Source: Candidatus Nitrosopumilus koreensis AR1
GTDB lineage: Archaea; Thermoproteota; Nitrososphaeria; Nitrososphaerales; Nitrosopumilaceae
Length of the DNA stretch: 32,000 nt
Direction: 5' to 3'
Assembly (NCBI RefSeq): GCF_000299365.1
Contig: NC_018655.1
Span: 750,001-782,000, forward strand
The notes under the pieces were generated by a model. That model searched no databases. It saw only the letters and a program-made list of their open reading frames with translations, and was not told the DNA's origin. Positions 1 through 8,501 of this stretch are shown piece after piece; position 1 is the first letter of the stretch, and the number at the start of each line of letters is the position of its first letter. Made by a program: the position numbers and the translations under genes.

Positions 1-347
1 TTGAGGGTATGGGGGGAATAATGACGCCCATTCTCAAAAACTATTACATCACAAATCTGATTAAAGAAATGAGTATTCCAACTGTAATTGTAACTAGAAG
101 TAAAATTGGAACTGTAAACCACACTGTAATGACAACAGAGATGTGTAAAAAATATAAAATTCCAATCAAAGGAATAATAATTAATGATTTTGATACTGGC
201 TATCCTGTTAAAGAGTTGACAAGAGACTTGCAAAATCTTACAGGAGTTAAAGTATTAGGTTCGATTCCTTTCATTAAAGACATGGGCGATAGTTCACTGA
301 ATAATATTTTCAAAAAGAATATTGATTTGAAATCATTAGTAAAATGA
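1..347 (+). CDS. bioD: ATP-dependent dethiobiotin synthetase BioD, C-terminal part (5' end lies outside the window)
   Basis: Frame 3 is open from the window edge. EGMGGIMTPI matches the BioD EGAGGxxxP motif, and GTVNH and LGSIPF match the later conserved BioD blocks. Confidence 0.75.
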   Translation, partial: EGMGGIMTPILKNYYITNLIKEMSIPTVIVTRSKIGTVNHTVMTTEMCKKYKIPIKGIIINDFDTGYPVKELTRDLQNLTGVKVLGSIPFIKDMGDSSLNNIFKKNIDLKSLVK

Positions 348-749
348 TTATGAATAATATTCTTTGAATCCCTTATCTGTGGAATACAGTTCAATTTTTG
401 GGCCAAACATTCCTTGTTTTTCTATTACTTTGATGAGACCTTTATTCTCTAATTCTTGCAAAATCAAATCAAGTTCTTTGTTTTCCATTTTTACTGATCT
501 TTGAATTTTCTCAAATGTGTTTGCCCCTTGATGCATTATCCCTAAAACTTGCATATCTTTTGTTTGTGGCTTTAGTGGTTCTTGTTTAGTGTTGAATTCT
601 GTTTTTTGTGTCTCTTGATAAGGCATATCTTGTGTTCTGTAATTGTCATTGCTTTGACTTCTTTTTCGAATCAGTCTTGGAATTATTCTTGATAGTGGAA
701 TTGCTAAGAAAATAAGTAGATAAATCCAAGAAAAATTTGGGTCTGCCAT
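348..749 (-). CDS. Hypothetical membrane-anchored protein with a C-terminal winged-helix-like domain
   Basis: ATG start. One N-terminal hydrophobic helix (WIYLLIFLAIPLS) is followed by a basic stretch. The C-terminal part (FEKIQRSVKMENKELDLILQELENKGLIKV) looks like a wHTH. The stop codon directly abuts the bioD stop. Confidence 0.55.
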   Translation of the reverse strand: MADPNFSWIYLLIFLAIPLSRIIPRLIRKRSQSNDNYRTQDMPYQETQKTEFNTKQEPLKPQTKDMQVLGIMHQGANTFEKIQRSVKMENKELDLILQELENKGLIKVIEKQGMFGPKIELYSTDKGFKEYYS

Positions 750-841
750 AAATTATCTGAGTGTTCTTGAGATAAATTTGTTCATTTTATGACAATGTTG
801 ATGTCTGACACTACCGATGGTATAATAGTAGTAATCGCATA

Positions 842-1714
842 GTGGAATGGATGTCCAAGTATCAATCACCAAAAATGTCAGTTAACATTAATGCTGCCAA
901 AGGTGTTGTGATTGGAATTATTATTTTGATCATCATAGGTGTTGTAGCTACAGCATCCGTCAAGATTGTAGAGGCAGGACACAGAGGGGTATTGTTACAC
1001 TGGAATGCAGTTGATTTAACCCAACCTCCGCTTGAAGAAGGTCTGCATTTTGTAGTTCCATTTCAAGACGAAGTAGTCAATATTGAAGTTCGTACGCTGA
1101 AATATGCAAATGATGCAAGAAGTGCATCCAGAGATCTGCAAACCGTAGAAACAACTGTTACAGTAAACTATCATCCTGATAAAGAATCAGTACACACACT
1201 ATACAAAAATCTTGGATTGGATTATGAAGATAGAGTGATTCAACCTGCAATTGAAGAAACTGTGAAACAAGTAACTGCACGATATAATGCTGAAGAGTTA
1301 ATCACAAAAAGACCTCTAGTTAAAGACGATATTGAATCTTCTATTCGTGACAGATTAAATCAATTCAATGTGGTGACAGAAGTTATTTCCATTACTGACT
1401 TTGAATTCTCACCATTATTTGCTCAAGCTATTGAATCAAAAGTAGAAGCAGAGCAAAATGCACTCAAGGCAGAAAATGATTTGAGACGAATTGAGGTGGA
1501 GGCAAGACAACGTGAGGCAAACGCCATTGGTCTTGCCAATGCAAATATTGCAGAAGCCAAAGGTGAGGCCGAAGCTATCGCAATTATTAACAAAGCACTT
1601 TCTGAGAATCCAAACTATCTGGAATGGCTAAAAACACAAGCCTGGGATGGAAAGTTGCCCCTGGTAGTCGGTGAAGGTGGAACTCCATTTATTCAGATAC
1701 CTGTGAATCCCTAG
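842..1714 (+). CDS. SPFH/band-7 family membrane protein (prohibitin/HflC-like)
   Basis: N-terminal TM helix, then an SPFH core (VEAGHRGVLLHWNAV...GLHFVVPF...V) and an Ala/Glu-rich coiled-coil tail. The track start is GTG at 842. ATG at 851 is an alternative start. Confidence 0.85.
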   Translation: MEWMSKYQSPKMSVNINAAKGVVIGIIILIIIGVVATASVKIVEAGHRGVLLHWNAVDLTQPPLEEGLHFVVPFQDEVVNIEVRTLKYANDARSASRDLQTVETTVTVNYHPDKESVHTLYKNLGLDYEDRVIQPAIEETVKQVTARYNAEELITKRPLVKDDIESSIRDRLNQFNVVTEVISITDFEFSPLFAQAIESKVEAEQNALKAENDLRRIEVEARQREANAIGLANANIAEAKGEAEAIAIINKALSENPNYLEWLKTQAWDGKLPLVVGEGGTPFIQIPVNP

Positions 1715-1724
1715 TCTTTGAAAA

Positions 1725-2018
1725 TCAATTGTTTTGTTTTTCTCTAAGTATATCAAACATTGCTAGGAACTGATCTGGTTCATTTTGCCTGTAATGTTTT
1801 TCTAAATTCTGAATCTCTTTATGTGATTTTTTTTCATTTTTTTGTTCATAATACTCTTTGATGATTTGTGATGGTGTTTTTGTTATGTTGTATTTTTGTA
1901 GTGTTTGGTTTACTGATCTTTTACAAAGATAATCATACAGAGCATATTTGTACACTATATACCCTGTTAACCCTACTATTGCAACAATAATTATCGGTAT
2001 TATTATCACTGATGCCAT
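1725..2018 (-). CDS. Hypothetical small single-pass membrane protein
   Basis: ATG start. N-terminal TM helix (VIIIPIIIVAIVGLTGYIVY) followed by a charged helical tail. No recognised domain. Confidence 0.5.
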   Translation of the reverse strand: MASVIIIPIIIVAIVGLTGYIVYKYALYDYLCKRSVNQTLQKYNITKTPSQIIKEYYEQKNEKKSHKEIQNLEKHYRQNEPDQFLAMFDILREKQNN

Positions 2019-2058
2019 GACTTTAGTATGTTATTTTGATATTTATTCTCTTTTTATT

Positions 2059-2607
2059 TTATATTCGTAAAATTTTGAATTTATTTGCATTGCCGACATT
2101 ACTAAATTGTGCAATCTCAAAAATAATATTTGTAAAAGATGAGTTGTCTTTAGATAGGACAAATGTTTTCTTGTCAGTCTTTATATTTTCAGATAAAACT
2201 ACCCATATATTCTCTTTAATTGGCTGAATTTTTTCTAACTGGGAAATTTTTTCTTCTATAGTTTTTTTATCTGAAGATTTTGGAATACAAATCACCAAAG
2301 TCATTTTTGGGTCTTTCTCTAATGTTTTGATGTCTGGAATTACGATGTCTAATTCCATTCCTTGATACTCGATCTTTCTTTGGCTGTTCAGGAGTGCATT
2401 AGTTAACAGATAATGAAGTATTCCTGTGGCAAATATCCCTACTGATATGTCTTTTTCATCCATTGAGATTATTTCATCATAACAATTCTGAATTATCTCG
2501 TCAATAACAACATCAAATTTTTTCTGTGAAATTAAATCTGGAATTGATTTTGACTTTTTGATATAGTCAAATAAGTAATCCTTTATTGGATTTTCCTCTT
2601 CTTCCAT
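2059..2607 (-). CDS. Hypothetical protein translationally coupled to HMG-CoA synthase
   Basis: Its ATG overlaps the HMG-CoA synthase stop codon by 1 nt (TAATG). 182 aa, no TM segment, no motif I can name. Confidence 0.6.
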   Translation of the reverse strand: MEEEENPIKDYLFDYIKKSKSIPDLISQKKFDVVIDEIIQNCYDEIISMDEKDISVGIFATGILHYLLTNALLNSQRKIEYQGMELDIVIPDIKTLEKDPKMTLVICIPKSSDKKTIEEKISQLEKIQPIKENIWVVLSENIKTDKKTFVLSKDNSSFTNIIFEIAQFSNVGNANKFKILRI

Positions 2608-4001
2608 TATTCGTTATAGATGTAGCGTCTTTCGCCTCTAGACTCTATTTCAGTATTCACATTTACTAAAACAAATTCTTTCTTTGAATGAAGCATAGAT
2701 TCTTCCGGTGATAATTTGTTTTCATGTAGTTCTTCGTATTCTTCCCAAGTGAGTCTTCTTCTTTCACCAATCTCTGCTTCTAAATTCATATTTTTCACAA
2801 TCTCTTCAAACTCTGGCTGAATCACACCGCTAAACACCATCGCACTACTTCCACTACCATATGATCCGAATCCTACTCTTTTTCCTTCCAGTTGAATTCC
2901 TTTTTGATATTCAAATTCAAGACTACTTCTGAATCCCAAGTATAATGATGCAGTATACAAATTACCAATCATACTTGATGCAATAAGCGAACTTGCGAGT
3001 TTTGATTCATAGACTTCTTGATATTCAGGAGTTTTTGTAAATAGTTTGGTAAACTCGTGGTCTTTGGCCATAAATTCTTCGTCTCCTAAAACTGATTCAA
3101 TTGTTCCGCGAGGATCTTTTGGAACTGGTTCTTCTATTCCAATTTGTTGTAGTATATTTTTCCATCGTGGGAGCTGACGCCATTCATGTCTTACTAAATA
3201 TGCTAATGCCTTTTTACCCATGTTACTATATGGTAAGTGCATGTTGATGTAATCCATATGATCTAGTATTGTTTCTCCAGGCTCTATGTTGATTAATCCT
3301 GAAGATACCACTTTTTTCTTGTATGCTTCAAGTGCTTTTCTTACTTGAATCATGTACAACATGTTAGAGTATTGACCATGAACAATTGGTGTTTCTTTGC
3401 CAAATGGTCTGTAAAAATCATATTCGTCTTTAATTGATGTAGATGTTACTTTTGGGTCAAATGCCAACAATCTTGGCTTGTCATTGAGAAGCATTACTAC
3501 TGCACCTGCACCTTGAGTCATCTCGCCACTAGAACCCATATCATATTTAGCTATATCTGAAACTACCACAAGAGCATGTTTTCCTTCAGCTTCTCCTGCT
3601 CTAATCCAGTTTGTATTGTCATATAGTGCATAAGAACCACTAACACATGCAAATTTGGTCTCTACACCGCCACAATGTTCGAATGCACCTTGGCCATAAA
3701 CCTGCTCTAACATTCCAATAACAAAAGAGTTCATTGCCTTTGATTCATCAAAAGATGATTCTGTTGAAACATATAATCGACCTATATCTTCTGGAGATAG
3801 TTTGTTTTTTTGCATAATTTTCAAACATGCATTTGCTGCCAAAATTGCTGGATCTTGATTAGCATCAACTATTGCCATTTGAGATACTCCTAGACCTTTT
3901 TGCAATTTTACTGGGTCTAACCCTCTAGCTTTTGCAAAATCTGCTGCATCTATGTATAATCTTGGGATGTATATTGAAATGTCGTCAATTCCAGCTGCCA
4001 T
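2607..4001 (-). CDS. Hydroxymethylglutaryl-CoA synthase (long, bacterial/eukaryote-like form)
   Basis: 464 aa. Has the STESSFDESKA block (catalytic Glu region), the KFACVSGSYAL block (catalytic Cys region) and the MHLPYSNMGKK block (His region), typical of HMGCS. Confidence 0.85.
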   Translation of the reverse strand: MAAGIDDISIYIPRLYIDAADFAKARGLDPVKLQKGLGVSQMAIVDANQDPAILAANACLKIMQKNKLSPEDIGRLYVSTESSFDESKAMNSFVIGMLEQVYGQGAFEHCGGVETKFACVSGSYALYDNTNWIRAGEAEGKHALVVVSDIAKYDMGSSGEMTQGAGAVVMLLNDKPRLLAFDPKVTSTSIKDEYDFYRPFGKETPIVHGQYSNMLYMIQVRKALEAYKKKVVSSGLINIEPGETILDHMDYINMHLPYSNMGKKALAYLVRHEWRQLPRWKNILQQIGIEEPVPKDPRGTIESVLGDEEFMAKDHEFTKLFTKTPEYQEVYESKLASSLIASSMIGNLYTASLYLGFRSSLEFEYQKGIQLEGKRVGFGSYGSGSSAMVFSGVIQPEFEEIVKNMNLEAEIGERRRLTWEEYEELHENKLSPEESMLHSKKEFVLVNVNTEIESRGERRYIYNE

Positions 4002-4114
4002 AAGCTTTGGCTCCGATATTTCATTAATAAGGTTATTGTGTGAATTCTATCTCACTAAGAATGGATTTTTAGTAATTTTCTTTAAGTTTGTTAATAAAAT
4101 GATCGCAAATTCTT

Positions 4115-4819
4115 TTATTTTTTTAATTCATTTTCAAAAATATTTTCAAATGTTGAATAAGGTTGTGCTCCAAACAATCGTGTAATTTCTCCGTCTGGTC
4201 CTATCACAAAAAATGCAGGTGTTCCTGTTAGATCAAGTGATCTAGCATCATCATTACTTGCAACTATGATCTGTGAATGTTCTCCATTAATCATACATTC
4301 AGACCATTCATCTACATCTAATCCAACATCTTGTGCAAATCTGAGCAAATTTTCTGATGCGGCCCATCCGTTGTTTTCCCCAGTCCAATTAGAATACAAA
4401 ATATCATGATATTCCCAAAACAAGCCCTGATCATTTGCACAATGTGCTCCATGTGAAGCATTAATTGAATCCGGACCTATGATGTTGAAATCTTTGAATA
4501 TCATTCTGACTTTTCCTGTTTCCACATAATTCTTCAAAATTTCCTTCTCAGTTGAGTGGAAAAAGACATTACAGAAATGACATTGATAGTCTCCAAACTC
4601 AACCAATGTTATTGGAGCATCTGAATCTCCTAGAATGGGAGAACCATTTTTCAGAAATGTGTCTATTGTTATTTTCAAAGGCCCTTCTGGTTGAATTTGT
4701 GGAGAAGGTTCTATGACTAGTTCTGGCTCATTGGAAATTTCCTCGAATCCTATAAACACAATCACTAAAACAATTGCTGATATTACTGCTCCAATCCCTA
4801 ATGATGGACCATGAATCAA
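4115..4819 (-). CDS. DsbA-family thioredoxin-fold thiol:disulfide oxidoreductase, membrane-anchored
   Basis: N-terminal TM helix, CHFC active-site motif within GDYQCHFCNVF, and a C-terminal GTPAFFV block typical of the DsbA/thioredoxin fold. Uses a TTG start. Confidence 0.8.
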   Translation of the reverse strand: MIHGPSLGIGAVISAIVLVIVFIGFEEISNEPELVIEPSPQIQPEGPLKITIDTFLKNGSPILGDSDAPITLVEFGDYQCHFCNVFFHSTEKEILKNYVETGKVRMIFKDFNIIGPDSINASHGAHCANDQGLFWEYHDILYSNWTGENNGWAASENLLRFAQDVGLDVDEWSECMINGEHSQIIVASNDDARSLDLTGTPAFFVIGPDGEITRLFGAQPYSTFENIFENELKK

Positions 4820-4856
4820 TGGCTTTGATATTTTTTTAGCTCATTTAGTCTTTATG

Positions 4857-5570
4857 TTATGATGAACTGTCATTGTCTGGTATGGTGCCCAATGTAAAAA
4901 TCTGTAAAATTTTTGATGATTTTGAATGTTCATCTTCTGCAATAATTGTCACAGTCAAAGTTTCTCTTGGATGTCTTTCAGGAATGAAAAATTCTATTTC
5001 AAAAAGACCTTTTTCATTAGTAACTCCTTCATCTGAATAGAATACATCTTTATTTTCATCTAAAACTGTTACATTGATGTTCTTATTTGTTAGAAAACCA
5101 TAATTTTGATTAAAGTCATTTAGTTTGTTTTTAGTGGGATCATATACTTTGACATCCAGATGTGCTGGTTTTTCTGAGTAAACTCTTTGTGTATATTGAA
5201 CTAAAATTTGCAGATTATTGTTTTTCTTAACTGCTGATTCTTCTGGTAATTCCTCTTTAAATAAAAGTTCTAGAAATTCCCCTCCTATGAAAATTATTCC
5301 TCTGGTTTCAATTTTTTCTTCTATAATTTTAGAATATGTGATATATGGAAATCCTTCTATTGTATGTCCAGACACACGAATAATTTCTCCGTTAAAGAAT
5401 TCTCTTATGGATATATCGTTACTAATAGAAAATTTATTTTCATCTGTAGATATAATGCCTGTTTGAAAAAAATTGATGTCACTTAATGCATCAACTTGAC
5501 CATGTGCAGAACTTGTTACGATCCCTATGGCTAATATCAAAAATATCGGTAATATTGTATGAAAATACAA
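4857..5570 (-). CDS. Hypothetical secreted protein
   Basis: The N-terminus looks like a signal peptide (ILPIFLILAIGIVTSSAHG). The rest has a beta-rich composition. TTG start. No recognised domain. Confidence 0.55.
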   Translation of the reverse strand: MYFHTILPIFLILAIGIVTSSAHGQVDALSDINFFQTGIISTDENKFSISNDISIREFFNGEIIRVSGHTIEGFPYITYSKIIEEKIETRGIIFIGGEFLELLFKEELPEESAVKKNNNLQILVQYTQRVYSEKPAHLDVKVYDPTKNKLNDFNQNYGFLTNKNINVTVLDENKDVFYSDEGVTNEKGLFEIEFFIPERHPRETLTVTIIAEDEHSKSSKILQIFTLGTIPDNDSSS

Positions 5571-5634
5571 CTATAATGAATTTTTCAACATTATTTTATA
5601 AACAATTTGTTTTACATATTATAGAGAGGAAAAA

Positions 5635-6591
5635 TTGAGTGAAAAAAATGCTGTGTTGATAGTTGAAGACAGTCCTGCCATAACATTGCTCTTGAAGAAT
5701 TATTTGGGAAAATTAGGGTATTCTGAAATTTACACTTGTGATTCTGGAGGTTCTGCAATTTCGACATTTGAAGGATTGGCTTCTCAAGGAAAACAACCTA
5801 TAGTATTGCTTGACTTTATGCTTCCAGATATGGATGCTCGTTCTGTTCTGACCCAAATGCTTGAAGTAAAACCTGATGTTCGCATAATCTTAGAAACTGC
5901 AACTGAAAAAGACGATGAGGGGATTAAGGAATTAATTAGATTGGGAGTTTATCAATATATTGAAAAACCGATACGTTTTGAAACTCTAAAAAATATTGTT
6001 GAAACAATTGAGAGTGAACAATCTTTTTTTGAAAAAGAATCAAACGAAAATAAACTTGCAGAACAGTCATCTGATGAAATAAAAACAAAAATAAAAAATC
6101 ACATAGATTTTATTTTAAAAACTGCTAATCAGATCAGTTTAGATAGAATAATTGGTCTTCTTGGATTTTCTGACGATTTAGTTACAGAATATATTGCAGA
6201 GTTGGAAAATAAAGGTAAATTAATCAAACTTGATGAAAAAAAAGAAATTGCTTGTAATCAATGTGATTCTGTGAGAACTTCTCAAATATTCTTTTGTCCT
6301 AACTGTAAAAGTTCAAATTTCAAATTAGGCAAACTAATCGAACATTATGATTGTGGTAACGTTACTGAAGAAAATACATACCATGATGATAAATGTCCTA
6401 ATTGTAAAAAAGAACTTAAGGCACTAGGTGTTGATTACAGAGTTATGCAAAATCATTACATTTGTAATAATTGTGATGAATTCTTTCCAGAACTTTCAAC
6501 TGAATACCTGTGTCTAAAATGTGAAAATAAATTCAAGATTACTGATGCTCGCTGGAAATCCAGTATAAATTATAAAATAATCAATACGTAA
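5635..6591 (+). CDS. Response regulator: REC receiver + wHTH-like segment + three CxxC zinc-ribbon pairs
   Basis: REC signature residues are present: VEDS, the LLDFMLPDMDA phospho-acceptor block and the YIEKP lysine. Next comes LDRIIGLLGFSDDLVTEYIAELENKGKL, then CNQC..CPNC, C..CPNC and CNNC..CLKC. TTG start. Confidence 0.8.
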   Translation: MSEKNAVLIVEDSPAITLLLKNYLGKLGYSEIYTCDSGGSAISTFEGLASQGKQPIVLLDFMLPDMDARSVLTQMLEVKPDVRIILETATEKDDEGIKELIRLGVYQYIEKPIRFETLKNIVETIESEQSFFEKESNENKLAEQSSDEIKTKIKNHIDFILKTANQISLDRIIGLLGFSDDLVTEYIAELENKGKLIKLDEKKEIACNQCDSVRTSQIFFCPNCKSSNFKLGKLIEHYDCGNVTEENTYHDDKCPNCKKELKALGVDYRVMQNHYICNNCDEFFPELSTEYLCLKCENKFKITDARWKSSINYKIINT

Positions 6592-8500
6592 TAATTCCGT
6601 TTTTAATTAGAAATTCTATTCCTTGTACAAACGTTTCATCATCAATGGAGCCATCTGCCCACCATCCTGCATTATTTTTTATCCAAGTGGGAATAGTTTG
6701 CTCATTTGAGCCTGTTTGAGGTTTTTCTGAAACTGTTATGATTTTCTCTTGGACCAAATATTCTATTCCTTGTACAAACGTTTCATCATCAATGGAGCCA
6801 TCTGCCCACCATCCTGCATTATTTTTTATCCAAGTAGGTACTATTTCTTGTTTAGAATCCAAGTTTATCATTCCAACTGGAACAATTTTGATATCTCTTT
6901 TTTGAATTTCTTCAACTAGTGTTTTTAATTCTGCAATTTGTTCTGTATTTACTTCATTTGCATAGGTTCCATCAATCACCTTTGCAAATTCTTGTGGATG
7001 AGATGTTATTACTGCAAATCCATATGTGTTCAATCCATCAATTGCTTTAGATAATGTGGTTTCATGTGAAATTCCAACAAATACATTTTGTTCTGGATCA
7101 TATTCTCCGGTAGTACTTATTTCTGGAAATCTGTATAATAATTCCCCTTTTAATGGAAATGGGGGTGGATCTCCGTGTAACAAACTAGAACTAATATGTG
7201 TAAATCCATTTTCAATTAAAACCTGTTTTGTATCTTCGTTGAATCTATTTTGTGGTGGAATGAATACTTTTGGTTCAACTCCAACACTTTGTTGAATCTT
7301 TTGAACTGATTGTTTTAGTTTTTCATCTTGTTCTTCTAAAGAAAATTCAGTAAATGGAACATTTCCTATCCCGTGATTAGCTATTTCAAATCCTTTTTTG
7401 TTTTTGTGTTCTTTAACAAATGAACTCATCTTTACATCCTCTCCAAAAGAGTCTCCGATTATGCCAATTGTTAATGGAGTATCAGTTCCAACAAATGTTT
7501 TCATGACTTCGATTTGAACATCATTTAACCAGTAATCTTGAACATCATCAAATCTAAATGCGATGCAATTACAAGATTCTAGTTCTTGAACTTCAACATC
7601 ATTAATTTCTGATATGGGTTGAACTTTGAATATGTTGAAATGATTAATACTGCCAACAATCTGAACAGACGTTTTTGGCCAATTTCCATCATCATTAGGC
7701 GTAATTTCGACCAAATATGTACTAGATTTTAGATTTGAAAAATATGCCTCCCCTCTAGAATTGACCTTGCTTGAAAATGATTCACCAGTAAATTGATTTG
7801 TTATAGTTATGGTATGCGTGGAATCAGATGATGAAATCTTTGTTGTGGCATCTTTGTATACAGTAATTGTAATTAGGTCTTCTACCACTTCAGGAATACT
7901 CGTGACAATCTTTTCATCTCTAGTTAATCCTGGTTGCAGTTTAATGGGTTTTTGTGATTTTAAGAATAATTCTCCAAGATAAATATCTGCAATGTAATAA
8001 TCCTCAGGAGATATTGTTGATTGAATCCAAAAACGTAGTGTTTCTCCCTGACTGTTTGTAATTCCTTGTCTCCATTCTGTATTATCTTTTGATTTTATTA
8101 TTACTCGTGCACCTTCAATTGGAATCTCTCCTCCTTCATAGTAAACATCTATTTTCAATCCTCCTGATAGTGGAATGTTAATCGTAATTTCTTTTGAGTT
8201 ATAATCTAATTGTACATATCCAACTCCTGCATACATTCCATTTGCATAAATTTCAATTTTGTATTTGTGATTTTTTGGTACTAAAATTATGTCGGGATTG
8301 TTTTCTAATTGTTTTTCAAGAAACACTTCTTTGTTTAAATCTTGATAAACTAGTAACTTCATTCCATGAAAATCTGCTCTATCTCCATTTGTGTATTTTA
8401 TTTCAACTTGGATTGTTTGAGATTCTTCAGCGTATACATTATCAAATGCAAATACTATCAATGGAACCATCCCTAACAGTATTAAGATTTTTACATTCAT
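6581..8500 (-). CDS. Secreted multidomain protein: beta-sandwich repeats + polysaccharide deacetylase-like (CE4-like) domain + two C-terminal WW-AD-GSIDD repeats
   Basis: ATG at 8500 opens directly into a signal peptide (MNVKILILLGMVPLIVFAFDNVYA). The track's GTG at 8524 is the alternative. FRFDDVQD, ANHG and FIPPQNRFN resemble CE4 motifs 1-3. The C-terminal module is duplicated. Confidence 0.7.
   Translation of the reverse strand: MNVKILILLGMVPLIVFAFDNVYAEESQTIQVEIKYTNGDRADFHGMKLLVYQDLNKEVFLEKQLENNPDIILVPKNHKYKIEIYANGMYAGVGYVQLDYNSKEITINIPLSGGLKIDVYYEGGEIPIEGARVIIKSKDNTEWRQGITNSQGETLRFWIQSTISPEDYYIADIYLGELFLKSQKPIKLQPGLTRDEKIVTSIPEVVEDLITITVYKDATTKISSSDSTHTITITNQFTGESFSSKVNSRGEAYFSNLKSSTYLVEITPNDDGNWPKTSVQIVGSINHFNIFKVQPISEINDVEVQELESCNCIAFRFDDVQDYWLNDVQIEVMKTFVGTDTPLTIGIIGDSFGEDVKMSSFVKEHKNKKGFEIANHGIGNVPFTEFSLEEQDEKLKQSVQKIQQSVGVEPKVFIPPQNRFNEDTKQVLIENGFTHISSSLLHGDPPPFPLKGELLYRFPEISTTGEYDPEQNVFVGISHETTLSKAIDGLNTYGFAVITSHPQEFAKVIDGTYANEVNTEQIAELKTLVEEIQKRDIKIVPVGMINLDSKQEIVPTWIKNNAGWWADGSIDDETFVQGIEYLVQEKIITVSEKPQTGSNEQTIPTWIKNNAGWWADGSIDDETFVQGIEFLIKNGIITY
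6613..6688. repeat. Copy 1 of a perfect 76-bp direct repeat inside the deacetylase-like CDS
   Basis: Base-for-base identical to 6760..6835 on direct comparison. The period is 147 bp (49 codons). Confidence 0.95.
6760..6835. repeat. Copy 2 of a perfect 76-bp direct repeat inside the deacetylase-like CDS
   Basis: Identical to 6613..6688. Each copy encodes TWIKNNAGWWADGSIDDETFVQGIE. Confidence 0.95.
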
Positions 8501-8501
8501 T

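Noticed and set aside
789-842. 17-aa upstream ORF (MTMLMSDTTDGIIVVIA) whose TAG overlaps the GTG at 842
   Set aside because: It is too short and unsupported. A TATA-like tataata at about 820 instead suggests a short-leader or leaderless transcript starting near ATG 851.
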